Assembly (NCBI RefSeq): GCF_018350175.1
Contig: NC_058368.1
Location: 196,480,001-196,544,000, forward strand
From: Felis catus
Lineage: Eukaryota
Length of the DNA: 64,000 bases
Direction: 5' to 3'
Shown: positions 1-14,940 of the stretch, piece after piece
How the letters are laid out: each line of letters starts with the position of its first letter
Numbering within the stretch: the first letter of the stretch is position 1
Position numbers and translations under genes: made by a program
The notes under the pieces: model-generated
The model's input: the letters and a program-made list of their open reading frames with translations, nothing else
What the model was told of the DNA's origin: nothing
Databases searched by the model: none

Positions 1-804
1 GGGCCAGAGTGCCAGAGTGGAGCAGATCCCAGCCCCATCGTGTTCCACCTCTTGGGGTCTGATTCCAGGCGCCTCCTGACCAAAGGTCTCCTGAAGAGGC
101 CAGGTGGAGGAGTCTGGACCGCATGGGACTAGACACAGGGAGGAGAAGGGCAAAGGGCAGCAAGCTGTGAGGCCCAGAAAGAAAGCAGCCTGGAGCGTGG
201 CCTCGTCTGGCCCCTCCGCTCATCTTCCTGCGCTTTAACTCACTCACCAATTCACAAGTGTGGATATTTGGCATCTGCTATGTGCCCAGCACTCACTCGG
301 GTGAGCAGTGCCTCCATGGGGCTTAGAGCCTGGTGACAGAGACAGGCAACAAGTGAACACAGTCCATCCCCACCCCAGGGCCAGCCTTGACAGCCTTCTC
401 CATCCCTCTTGGACTCTTCCCTCCAGAGACACAAGCCCCGTCCATTCAGGGCCGCTGTCGGAGGGTGGGGCTGATGGCCAGCACTGGGCGCTGACGCAGG
501 CTGTGTCCGTTTAGAGGAAGGGGTGCCTTTCTCTGTGTCGCACAAAGGCTCCAGGTCTGGGTCTGAGAGGCCCAGAGCCGTAGAGACCCACAGCACCTTC
601 CGACTTCCAACAGCCAGGTTTCAGCACCACTGTGTGGCAAGCCCCGGCGAGACCCTCTGGGCAGACAGACAGAGTGGGAGCCTCGGACTGGCTCAGAGGT
701 GGCCCCTCAGGTGCCTTGGGGCAGCTGCGACCAGGGCCAGATTCCACGTGCAGCTGCCCATGGCTGCTCTGTCTCACTGCTGGTCGTCATGTATTAAAAA
801 GACC

Positions 805-1000
805 ATACTGACATTTCACTGCATGCTTACCCTGTGCCAGGCATTGTGCTAAGCACCTTACAGTCATTATCTCAGCGAGCTCACATGACCCCAGGAGGTT
901 GGCACTATTTTCCTTCCCGCTTGGGAGATGATGAACCTGAGGCTTAGGGAGAAGTCACATACGTTCAATGTCACACACCTCCTAAGTGGCAGAGGTGAGA
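805..1000 (-). mobile_element. MIR (degraded)
   Basis: tgtgccaggcattgtgctaagcac...gatgatgaacctgaggcttaggga resembles the reverse MIR core. Confidence 0.6.
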
Positions 1001-1263
1001 TCTGGCCTCAGAACCACGCTGGTGTTGATGTGGAAAATGGAAGTTACGTCCTTCAAACGCATTGAAAGAACTAAGGTTATTGGTCTGGGAAGAAGAGAGC
1101 CAGTGGCCATGAGCCAGGCTTTCAGACCCTTAGAAGGGCCGTGTGGTTCCAAAGGGCCCTCGAGGAAGCAGCAGGGAAATGCTGGGAAGGCAGAGTCCAG
1201 TCTAACCTCCAGGTCTGTCTGTCTGAGCTGCCCAAAGGCGTAGGAGCTGAACACCCATCACTA

Positions 1264-1322
1264 GTGTGTGTGTGTGTGTGTGTGTGTGCGCACGCGCGCG
1301 CGCACGCACACGCGCGCGCACG
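1264..1322. repeat. (GT)12 followed by a GC/AC alternating tract (59 bp of perfect purine-pyrimidine alternation)
   Basis: gtgtgt...gcgcacgcgcgcgcgcacgcacacgcgcgcgcacg read directly. Confidence 0.95.
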
Positions 1323-1681
1323 GGTGCGTGGAAGCCACAGCCGGTACTAAGCCAGCTTGCTGCAGAGGCTCCTTGCACTGGCAGGAGTGGGTACTGCACG
1401 ACCTGAGGGGTTCCCCAGCCACAGACGCTGTGACTTCGGGCAGGGTTTGGGGCGAGGCATGAGCAGAACTGGAGAGGCCGTCCTCCCCGCCCCTGGCTGG
1501 GGGCGGGTCTCCAGGAAGGCTTTGCGAGGGTCTGGGGCTTCTGGGGGAGAAGACTGTTCAGTCAACAGGCATTTACTGAGCACTTCCTGTGCTCCAGGCA
1601 GTGCAGTGGCCTGCTCTCAGTGGTGGCGGAGGGTCCTGAAGGCCCCCTCGGCCGGCTCCCTCCTCTGCTCTCCCTTTCCAG

Positions 1682-1797
1682 GAGCCCACACGCAGCTCCC
1701 CGACGAGCTCCTCTTCACGCCCGTGCTGCTCACTTGCATGTCCATCATGGCCTTGTTGCTGCTGCTGCTCTTGCTGCTTTTGTACAAGTATAAGCAG
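1682..1797 (+). CDS. CSF1R: CSF1R exon 11 (human numbering): transmembrane helix; upstream exons lie outside the window
   Basis: ccctttccag|GAGCCC...AAGCAG|gtgagc; 116 nt; encodes (G)[38 protein letters not shown]. Confidence 0.97.
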
Positions 1798-4700
1798 GTG
1801 AGCCTGGGCAGGGTGGCGGGGTGGGGAGCCAGGCGCCTGGTGGCCTGGGGGAGTGTCACCGGGTTGCGAGGACCTAGCCTTTAGCCCCCGCACACCCAGT
1901 CGTTCTGTCACCCATTCAGCCAGCCGCTCTTCAGCGGGCGCCAACTGTATGCGAACGTGAGTGGCTGGGTGCCAAGTGAGCCCAAACTCAGAGCCTCTGA
2001 GGCTCTTGCCTCGTAAGGTTGACCGTCTAGAGCAGGAGATGGCTGCAAGTCAAATAACCGGAAAAGACAGGGTATGGATTACAGAGCTTAATGCCCTCAA
2101 CAATGGCAGCATGTAGATAGCATCACTAACCCCATCTTACAGAGTTGGAAGCTGAGGTTCTGAGAGGTTTAGACAGTGCTCTAGTCTACAGCCAGTCAGT
2201 GGCAGAGGCTGGGTTTTAAAAAAAAACATGTTTTTTAACCATCACGTGAAACACTGAATCATCTTATCTTTCCCTCGCAACAATCTGGAAGCAGGGAGTG
2301 TAGCAGCCAGCATTTTACAGTAAGGAAACTGGGGGGTGGCAAGGTTGAAGAATCTGCCCGAGGGTCCCAGGTGCCTCCCACATGCCAGCCCGAGGCCTCT
2401 GCCACCTTGCCTAGCTGCCTTCCTACACAAAAGATGGTGGCCGCTGCAATAGATACTGAGGCCTGTGGGAGGTCAGAGGTGGAAGGATCTCTTCTGTTGG
2501 TGAGGAAGGGAGCCTGCTTGGAGGAGGTGGTTGGCATGGGTGGGACAGACCTTGGAGAATGGGGGTGGGGGGTGTGCAGCAGGGGGAGACAAGGCTCAGG
2601 GAAAGGGTATCTCCGGGGAAGGGTAATGTGTGCAAAGGGGAGGGAGGGGGGAAAGACAGAGGCGAGTTCTGAAAATACTGGTCCCTGGAAGAGGGAGGAG
2701 GCAGGTGGGGCAGGTTGAGGGGTCCAAGAAGATGAACCCCATCCTGTAGGCTCAGAGCCATCCGTGGGTTTGAACAAGGGAGCAATGTGATTTAGGGGTG
2801 AATAACCACCTGGTGGGCCTCCTCTGCTGCCTTCTCTTCCCCACCTCGGGGGTTTTAGTATGAGAAGAGGGCTTGGAGTAGGCAGTGTGGACAGGATATT
2901 GGGGCACCCTGGGGGCCATGGGGTCAGCTCTCATGTTCATGCCAGCACCCAACAAACGAAGGCCTCAGACCAAGACTTCAGGGATCTGCGTCCAGCTCCA
3001 AAACTGTTTTGCCATGAGACCTTGGCTGACTCACTGCCCACTCTGGTCCTCAGTTTCCCCACCTGTACCATGGTAACGTCTTCTTTGACATTCCAAGAGC
3101 CTCCTGAGAGTCTGGGGTTGGGAGTTGGATAGATGTGGGTCCTGTCTCTGCCAGTCTCCAGCTATTAGAACTCTGGGGAAGTTGGGAGAATCTGTCTCTG
3201 TTTCTCCAACTGTGAAATGGGGTTAATAATGGTGGCCACCCTACCAGGCTGTCGTGAGGATTCAACAACAGAATGTAGGTAGGGGACTTAGCAGGGTGCT
3301 GGGCACAGACAGAGCTCAGGATGGAAGCTGCCCGCCCTCGTCCCAGGAGGAAGCTGACTGGGGAACCTGAGTTAGCTCACGCATCTTGGGACTGGAGGGG
3401 TGTCTGAGGTTGGGCATCTCCTTGACTACACACACACAGCGGGCCCTGCTCACCCACCTCTATGGACAGGACTTAACTCACTCTTGTGGCCGCCTGTTCC
3501 TTCTCTGAGCAGCTCTGATTATTGCCAACTTCTTCTTTATACAGAGCTGAAAACTGCTCCCAGTGCCCCACAGAGCTGCCTCCTCAGCCCATGACACCCC
3601 TGCTGAGATTCCAGAGAAGGGTCCAGTTCCCTCTCCAGTCCTTTCTACCTTGGGCTGTCCAGCGCCCTTGGCCAGTGTTGGTTTGAGGGCACCTTATCTT
3701 CTCTCCATGGGACCATTTTTGGAATGTGGAAACACCTCATTTCCCATCCAGGAAACTCAGCTGCCCCCTGAGCCCATCCAAGGCCAAGAAAAGGAGGGCA
3801 TCCCATGAGACAAGACCTTGAGGGGTCAAGATGGCCTTGGCCTTGCCTCAGGGCCTTTCACCCAATTCCCCTCTGCTTTGCCCCCTGGGGTTCTGAGATT
3901 TGCCTCTGCACTGAGAATTCAGCCTGGACTAAGGGGTGGCTCTAGCTGGGGGTGGGGGGAAGGGCTGTTTCTGCCTCAGGGCTGAGTCATCGCCTTTCTG
4001 GCCCCAGCCAGACCACAGGGGGGCCAAAGGGGGAGGAGAAAAGGTCAGGAGTCAGCAGGCTGGTAGGAGGGACTCAAAGAGGAAAGGATGAGATAGGGAG
4101 GAGTGCAAGCTGGGATTCTGGAGTCAGAACCGACCTCTGGGGACTGGAGGCCTATTGGGGCCGGACAGGAGGGTCTCCAAGGTTTCCAGTGGGACATGTT
4201 GAGGTCACTACCTTCCTAAGACAGAGACCATCCACCAGCCCAGAAACAGCAGGCCTAGACAGGGAGGGCCACAGGACTTTGATGTCTCCCTGCCCATCTC
4301 AGTCGCCGAGGGGCAGTGGGGGTGAGCCTGGGCCTGGGCCCGCCGCGAGGAATAAGAAACATGGCGCACACTGAGTGTTCAGCTTGGCTGAACGCAGCTC
4401 ACAGGGGTGCTCAAGGAGCACTCCCTACTCTCTTTGGAACTACTCCCGTTAGCAACCCTGGTTGAGGTGGCCCATCCCACCTTCCCTGTAAGGGCTCTCC
4501 CTCCGAGGAGACCCTCTACATAGAAGCCCTGGGGAGCCAAGGTGGCACAGAAGCGGAGGAAGGGATAGGGACGCCTGAGGTGCGGCGGGGAGAGAGCTGT
4601 GTCTTCCTCCTGGTAGAGTCTGGGATTCAGAGATCTGTGAGATCCAGCCAGCCAATCTCTTCCTCCTGTGATCCCCCTCCCTTTCCCCAATATCCCCTGC

Positions 4701-5439
4701 CTGGCTGGGGGTGGGGAAAGGAGAGCAGCTCTGGGGAGGGGGCTGACTCAGGCCCAGCTGCCTGGGCCAGAAGAAGGAGAAGTGGTGAGGAGGAAAAACA
4801 GCTTTGGCCACAGAAGCCCCCTGGGGACGGAAGTGGCCAGGGGAGGTCAAAGAATCCCTTCCCGGCTTTCTCTCCATGTTTTGGTTTGGGGAGGCACCCA
4901 CACGCAGGGCCTGAATCCTCTGTGCCTCAGGAGGTTCCTCCTTTTGTCCCGTTTCAGACTCTCCTCCCAAGTCACAGCATGGATGTTAAGTTTAGCTACA
5001 GTCTGTCTCCTGAATCAGAACCTGGAAGTTCTTCCTTATGTCTAACTGCAGTCTCGTCTCCCAAACTACCATCTGGAAGCTCTCCCTTACAGCTATCTGG
5101 AGTCTTTTCTCTTAACCTGATGCAACTCACAGCCACAGGCTGCCTTCCTCCCCAGCACCCACTCACATACCCTTTAGCTCCCCTGGGCTGGGTGACCCGA
5201 GAAGGAGCCCAGCGGCTAAGCACAGCCCAGCTGGTCCTTGTCCCCTAGGGCTGACCGGAAAGAGGTGGACTGCTGACCCAAGGCCTCAGTGTCCTCCACC
5301 GCCCAAGCCCAGCTTCCACTTTCCACCTAAAGCCCATCTTCCATCAGCATTTCTCCTGGGCACCACCCCCTGGCATGATGCCCCCAAGCAGCTGCCACCC
5401 TGGGCAGGAAAGAGAGAGGCAGTCACTCCTCCTCCTAGA

Positions 5440-6003
5440 TCTGGCTCTGCCCTCTCCCTCTCCCTCTAGCTTAAAACAAACGCAGTGCAAAGTCCGTGTA
5501 AAGACCAGCGTCAAGCCCTCGAGGCCTTCTCATTGCAGCTAGGAGGGAATCCGCTCATCCTAGCGCTCAAGACCTTCCTGTCTCTGGAACAGCCCTCACC
5601 TCCCTCCAGCCACACGGGCACCGGCCAGTCCCTCGGACTTGCCAGGACTTTGCCCACCTGCAGGCCAATGCATCTGCTATTGACTTTACCTGCAAAGTGC
5701 TTCGTCTGCCAGTCCCCTGGCTGGTTCCTCCTCAGGCCTTCCCTGCCCTACACTCTCTGTTCGCTCTCTCTTTTCCATCACTTTGCTTTATTTTCTTCAC
5801 GGCACTAGTTGAAAATGTCCTCTATTTATTTATTTATTTATTTATTTATTTATCTGTCTATTTATCTATTTATCTATTTAATTTGAGTTGAATGCCTGTC
5901 TTAGCCCCCTGAATGCAAACGCCACGGGGGCAGGGCTTTCTCTTCTTTAATTCTGAATCCGTGGCGTCTGGCACAAATAGGAGTTTGGTGAAATATTTGT
6001 CTG
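5440..6003 (+). mobile_element. Degraded L2 3' fragment
   Basis: Ends with cgtctggcacaaataggagtttggtgaaatatttgt, similar to the L2 3' terminus. Confidence 0.55.
5821..5880. repeat. (TATT/TATC)n tetranucleotide microsatellite
   Basis: tctatttatttatttatttatttatttatttatctgtctatttatctatttatctattta. Confidence 0.9.
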
Positions 6004-6356
6004 GAAATGTTATTCAGCCTTAGAAAGGCAGGAAATGCTGACACACGGAGGAGCCTTGAAGACATTATACGAAGTGAAATCAGCCAGTCACAAAAGGACA
6101 CATACTGTGTGATTCCAACTAAATGAGGTACCTAGAGCAGGCAGATGCAAGGGATACGTGGCCTGGGGCTCAGGGGAGGTAGGAAAGGGGAGCTGCTTAA
6201 CGGGTAAGGGGTTTTAGTCGTGCAAGGTGCAAAGAATTCTGGAGACTGGTTGCATAACAATGGGAATGAACATAACCGTACACGCAAATCATGAGACTGA
6301 GAAATCTGAGATGATAAATTTTCTGTTGTATGCATCTTGCCACAATTGAAAATAAA
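6004..6356 (+). mobile_element. Old L1 (L1M-type) 3' UTR fragment
   Basis: gaaatgttattcagcctta...ccttgaagacattatacgaagtgaaatcagccagtcacaaaaggacacatactgtgtgattcca, typical L1M 3' end. Confidence 0.8.
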
Positions 6357-6750
6357 CCCAGACGCTATTTGGATGGGAGGATGGGGGGATGGATGCATGG
6401 ACAGACGGACATACTTCGAGGTCCCCCCACCCTCCTGGCTCGAGAATTGCCAAGTTATCAGAGCTGTCGAGGCTCTCAGAGGTGACCCTGCTCACATCTT
6501 TCAGTGCACAGGTGGGGAAAACCAAGGCTTAGAGAAGGGCAGGTCACATGGTGAGGCCAAACCAGTCAAGGACAGGGCTCTCAGTGCCTTGGACATGGGA
6601 TGACCCGGGCCCTCTCACCACATCTCAGGCCACCCCTGCCTCCTCCCACCATGCCTTGGGACTGCCCACACCCCCTGCTCTTGGGGGTTGGGGATGAGAT
6701 CCCACATCTGCCTGCAGGCCTGGTTGACTTTCCCCCCACTTCCTCTGCAG

Positions 6751-6877
6751 AAGCCCAAGTACCAGGTGCGCTGGAAGATCATCGAGAGCTACGAGGGCAA
6801 CAGCTACACCTTCATCGACCCCACCCAGCTGCCCTACAATGAGAAGTGGGAGTTCCCCCGAAACAACCTGCAGTTTG
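6751..6877 (+). CDS. CSF1R: CSF1R exon 12: juxtamembrane region
   Basis: ctgcag|AAGCCC...TTTG|gtgaga; 127 nt; [42 protein letters not shown]. Confidence 0.98.
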
Positions 6878-6958
6878 GTGAGATGAGGTCTTGGCACCCA
6901 CCACGCATACATTGCAGGAGCCTATGGGCCCTTTGTCGGCGGGGACCTAAGGAGACTC

Positions 6959-6996
6959 TGTGTGTGTGTGTGTACATGTGTGTGTGTGTGTGTGTG
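6959..6996. repeat. Interrupted (TG)n directly before the CSF1R exon 13 acceptor
   Basis: tgtgtg...tacatgtgtg...tg immediately followed by gcag. Confidence 0.95.
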
Positions 6997-7000
6997 GCAG

Positions 7001-7105
7001 GTAAGACTCTTGGAGCCGGTGCCTTCGGGAAGGTGGTAGAGGCCACAGCCTTTGGTCTGGGCAAGGAAGATGCCGTCCTGAAGGTGGCTGTGAAGATGCT
7101 GAAGT
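7001..7105 (+). CDS. CSF1R: CSF1R exon 13: kinase Gly-rich loop and VAVK lysine
   Basis: tggcag|GTAAGA...GAAGT|gtgagt; 105 nt; [35 protein letters not shown]. Confidence 0.98.
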
Positions 7106-7283
7106 GTGAGTGAGGGGCAGGGGCTTCGGGAATCTGGGGGAGTGGGTAGGAGCCCATGTACCTAGGGGAGGGGCTGCCCTGCCCTGAGAGACACATTTTC
7201 GGCCTATCACAGCCTGGGGGACAGGGCCTGGGATTGGGGGCAAGGACTCTTGGCTTCTTGAGTGAGCCCCAGCCTCCCTTTAG

Positions 7284-7856
<573 letters not shown>

Positions 7857-8180
7857 TAGTTCTGGGAGCTCTGATCAGTGGCTCTCAGACTTTGGTGGGT
7901 ATCAGAGTCAGCCAGAGAGGGGAATAAGAGTGCAGGTCCCCAAGCCCTGCTGCAGGGAGTCTAATTCCAGGGGTCTGGAGGGAAGATCCCACCCAAAGAC
8001 ACTTGGACATTCACCACAGGGTCCACAGAGGTGCCCCAGGGCCTTGACCTCTACGGAACTGTCACAGATATCCTTTGAAGAAGGAATTCTACTATGGTAT
8101 TTGAGATTCCTCTGCTTTAGACAGATGGGGTTACTGAGGCACAGAAAGCAGAAAAACTGCTCACAGTCAGTCAGGATTAG

Positions 8181-8462
<282 letters not shown>

Positions 8463-10541
8463 TAGTACCCTGGCAAAGGACAGGAAAGAGGCCGGGACTG
8501 GGAGGAAGCCCCAGGGTCTGTCCCTAAAGTGAACTCAGGCTTCGGTGGCTGTGTGGCCCTCACGTTCCACGGGGAGTAGTCACCCCAGCTTCTGTGGGCT
8601 AACTCAGTTTTTCTACTACTTATTTCTGTCATCCAACAAATAATTGAGGACCTACTATGTTCTAGGAGCATGTTGGGCAAAGATGGGGGGCTCATAGTCT
8701 GGTGGAGACAGGCGTTAATGGTATCGTCACTTGAATGTACGTAAAAGGTCAGCCAAGATCCGTTCAGGGCTCTAGCAAGAGATGGGCAGATCTTGGGGGT
8801 TATGGCCCTGTTTTTCCCATGCTGTCAGGGGCTGCAGAGCACCTGGACAGAGTCTGTTGGTTGTTGGGTGAGAAGGGGCAAAACAGTCTGTGGCCAGGTC
8901 CCTGATCTACTTGGGCCTCGGTTTTCCCAGGCAAGCCATTGGGGGGTTGAGCCTCTCAGAGACTTTCCGTCTCTGTTATTCTGTACTGCTGTGATTCCTG
9001 GAAGCCACTCGGAGACAAATGGACAAAGCCATATGGGGAACCAGAGAGAGGAAGTGGCCAGTTTCATGTCACACATGAGTCAGGGGCAGAGGCGGAGCCT
9101 GGGCTCGGATTCTGCTCCCTTGACTCCTGGTCCAGTGCTCACCTGAGCCACAGTGGTGTCCTGGAAGTCTCAGTCTTGGGGGTCGTGGGGCCTCAGGGCC
9201 AGGCTGCTGAGACAGGATCAGAACAAGAAGGGTGTACAATGAACCCCTATTTTAGCCACTGTCAGCTGCCAAGCCTGGGGAGGCAAAAGGGGAAGGAGGC
9301 CATTTAACTCCATCCAGTATCCTCGAATAGGAGGGCTGGCAGGATCTGCTTCCTCTTCTGGTTCTCTGACACCCCTCTGAAAGGGCGGCTCACACTGGGC
9401 CTCTGCAGGCTGGAACCTCAGGCCAGGTCAAATCAAAATGAGAACTAAAGTGAAGTATTAACTTCTTATCTTCAAATGTGCAGATGGGGAAAGGATTCAT
9501 ACAGTGGGGTCACTTCAAGGGCAAATGGCATGGGAACCAATCCTGCCAACGGGTTCCCAGGCTAGAAGTATAGTTTCTAGACCAGGGGAGGGGATGGTTT
9601 TGCCACGGTCAGAGCATAGATCAGACACTCCCTTCTCTTTCTGGGAACACTAGAGTATGGGCATGGTCAAGGTGCGCATCTCCATCGCAGAGGGGACAGG
9701 AAGGGGAGACGGCCAGAAATCACACCTGTTAGAATACTAGAAACAGTAGTGGCTATTCAATCTAGAGAAGTGTTTCTCCAACCTACCTACGACTGAAAGC
9801 CTATGCTCACAGCCATCACCTAAGAGCTGTTAGAGACACAGCTCGGGCCCGCCAGACCTGCCGAATCAGAATCAGCATTTAGATGAGACTGCCCAGGTGA
9901 CTCCTACACTCATGAATTACAGTTTAGGAAGCCCTCCTCTAGACCAGAGGCCTCCGCTCAGGCTGCACACAGGAACTGCCTGGAGAGGTTTCAAAGTGTG
10001 AATGACTGGGTTTCACCCCTAATTTCTGAGGTGTTCTGGGCATGGGGAGAGTTGACAACTCCCCAGGTGATTGAATGTGAAGCTGGCCAGTGGTGAGAGC
10101 CACTGTCCAGGTGGGGAAGGCTCAAAGAAGGGGCCCTAGAATATCCTCAAATCTCTGCAGGGCTGTTATGGGAAAAGGGAGCCTACTTCTGTGTGGCCCT
10201 TGAGGGCAGGGCAAGGACCAGCAGGAGGAAAATCCCAGGGGCAGACTGGCATTAGGAAAAGTGGAGAACTTTGTAATAGGCAGACAGCTGCCCAAAGACA
10301 GAACAAATTGTAAGCTTCCTCCCTGGGATGGCCAAGCAGGGATCAATGATCGCTTACACAGAATGTGGTGGCAGTTGGGGTTGGGGGGGGTTCCTTGTCA
10401 GAAAGGGATGTTCAAGTTGACCTTGAGGTCCCTGCCCTTCCCTGCTGATTGGAGAGGACACGGGGAGCTGGAGGCCAAGGCCCGCGCTGGTGAGTATAGC
10501 AATGGGGACCTACCCGCCCCCACGTCCTTTTTCCTATATAG

Positions 10542-10633
10542 AGACAGCGGTTTCTCCAGTCAGGGTGTAGACACCTATGTGGAGATGAGGCCTGTCTCCA
10601 CTTCTTCTTCAAATGACTCCTTCTCTGAAGAAG
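10542..10633 (+). CDS. CSF1R: CSF1R exon 16: kinase insert (YVEM PI3K-type docking motif)
   Basis: atatag|AGAC...GAAG|gtgagg; 92 nt; [30 protein letters not shown]. Confidence 0.97.
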
Positions 10634-10637
10634 GTGA

Positions 10638-10910
<273 letters not shown>

Positions 10911-11604
10911 TGATGAAGGATGAAGGGGAGGAAGGGGGAGCACCTGGTGAAGGCAAGGAGGAGCCAGGGTGCCAGAGAGCAAGTGGGCAGCGGCCACACA
11001 GCCTCTAGGGGTGAGTGGGAGAAACCCATGCCTGAGGAGTTCCTCAAACTCAGGACGGTGAGGGCCCCAGCCTGAGCAGACCTGTTTCCCTGGGGTGCAG
11101 CAGGCCACAGAGGACTCCGTTTCCAAGAACAGGCCTTGTTCCTTCAGTTTTGGTCAACAGCGTGAACAAGACGACTATGTCCTCTTGTGAAGCACACGGT
11201 CTCGTGGGGCTCATAAAGGAAGCTCCCTGAGTTGTCCTGAGGGTAGGAGATGATGTGTACAATAGGCCCAACTCAGGAGGTTCCCAGCAGGTGGGGGCTG
11301 TGACCGCCCCCCCCCCCAGCAGATTTGGGAGGGCAAAACAGGGTTACGGTGTGTGCAGATGCTTAGGGAAAAGCCTGGCACGGTCGGGCCCTGAAGTGGC
11401 AGCTGCTATTATCAGCAGCCGGTGGGGTCAGAGGCTGTTTCCAGCACCAGGGCTCATAGCTGCTGAGCACAAGCGGGTCGCCTGGCTCTGAGTCAGCTCC
11501 CACTGCTCAGGCCCAGTGGGCCACAGTGATGGTGGTTTCTAAACACCCAACTTTCCAGCCATATGAAACTTCCTCAGACCTGGATCTTTCTTGGTAGCAG
11601 GTAG

Positions 11605-12425
<821 letters not shown>

Positions 12426-12571
12426 TAACCTCTTATTCCAAGCCTGTGCTGGAATTCTTTGTGTGGTGTGATGAGGCCGGGGTGAATTTCACTGAAATTC
12501 CCAAATTTCACTGAAGCCTATGCCTACTGTAACTCTTATGTAGGTGTGGGTGTGGGGGCAGGTGAACGTGA

Positions 12572-12712
<141 letters not shown>

Positions 12713-13496
12713 TAAGTGAGGGACCCCAGGGAGGAGAGAGGACTCCCCAGGCTTTGGCTGAAGGGGATGGAAAGGTGTGTGGTCCTAGTCTCTCCCTGTC
12801 CACAGTGTTCCAGGGCCAGGCTTCATCTCCCCCACAGTGGGCCAAAACAAGCCCATTTTAGGGAGTGCGGGATTTCCGCTGGCTTCCAAGTAGCTGTTCT
12901 CAGAGGTCTCTGAAATGGGACTGGTGCTAACTCAAATGATAGACTTTGAAGTCAGACTCTATTATTATGTCGAGGCAGACTCTTCTCATTTCTTATCTTG
13001 GCTCTCTGTGGTGTCAGCCACTCCTTCACTGTGTAACCAGCCAGCCTGCAATGCAGCCTCCTAACCATCTCACTACAGCTGGCCCACCAAGAATTGCCGC
13101 CTCCCTACCCTCGCCACGGCCTTCCCGTGGGCCGGCAGGCCGTGAACTCACCCAGCACACCTTTCCCCAGCCACTCTCGACAGAGCCGCTCCCGTGTCTG
13201 GCCAGGCACTTGTGGCCGGCTCACTGCCATGTTCGTCTTTTGTTACAGTCATCTCAGCCCGCCTCTCAGACCTACCTGCAGGCAGCGGGAGTGCCCGTTC
13301 TCAGTTCTAGGAGCCTGGGCAAGATAGCATCTCTGAGCTTTTTCTCCCCTCAGCTGTCAAATGGGCGTGATGAAAATAGCTTCCAAGGGTTACTGGGGAG
13401 ATTAAATGAGATAATGCATATCAAGGACTTAGCACAGGCCTTGTGTCAGGCACACTTTTCACTAGGTTTCAGGACCTCTGCTGGGCAAGACTTTAA

Positions 13497-14237
<741 letters not shown>

Positions 14238-14737
14238 TGACTGGGAGAACCCCCAGCTCACTCTCTTAACCTTGTTCTCACTTCCAGGAACCCCTTTCCC
14301 TAACTCCCTTGTCTCACTGGAAATGGACTGATTTTACGGCCATGAAGTGCCCTAACATTGAGAAGACAAGGCTCCTTAGGCCTTGGCAGAGGACCCCCCC
14401 TGTAGCCAAGTGAAACGGCAAAAGCAGACAGGTGCTCAGAGACGTGCTTGGCCCAGTGCCTGAGAGCAGGGGGGGGGCTCTTTTGTAAGAATGAACTGTA
14501 CCTCCTAGTCCCTGCCCTTTGGCCTTCTCTCTACAGCCCCACCCTCCCTGGATCTGGTCCCTAGAACGAGCCAGGTGGCAGCTAAAAGTTCGGGGTTCTG
14601 CCCCACCCCCACCCCCACCCTGTTGTTCTGAGCTGGAAGGCAGGGGACCCGTGTGGCTGGCCACACCAAGCAAGCAGCACACACTCCGACAAGCTGACTC
14701 CTCTTAACTAACAGTCACACTGCCGGACGTCTCTGTC

Positions 14738-14743
14738 ATTAAA
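14738..14743 (+). terminator. Probable CSF1R polyadenylation signal (ATTAAA)
   Basis: cATTAAActaacagcattaac about 770 nt after the stop, followed by a GU/U-rich stretch (ctggttctttgtg); resembles the human CSF1R mRNA 3' end as I recall it. Confidence 0.75.
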
Positions 14744-14934
14744 CTAACAGCATTAACACAGCTGGCCTCTGGTTCTTTGTGCCACACGAGGGCCTGCGGA
14801 TTCCCTGGGACCTCCTTCCATCCTTCTTCATGTCCAGTGACCAGCTCAGCACCTTGGCCATTCAACCACACTGTGCCCCACACAAGGAGCGTGGAATTGA
14901 TTCTTGCTTCACCAAAACAGATAATTTAATAAAT

Positions 14935-14940
14935 TTTATT
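14935..14940 (-). terminator. Probable HMGXB3 polyadenylation signal (AATAAA on - strand)
   Basis: tttatt on +, about 930 nt past the HMGXB3 stop; a - strand ATTAAA lies at 14925-14930. Confidence 0.75.

Noticed and set aside
4449..5248. ORFs of 173-222 aa on both strands in CSF1R intron 11
   Set aside because: GC-rich intron with low-complexity Pro/Ser/Gly translations, no recognisable domain and no gene context; expected by chance
12484..12500. Palindrome gaatttca-c-tgaaattc with a partial adjacent repeat
   Set aside because: 8-bp arms are too short to be meaningful without other evidence
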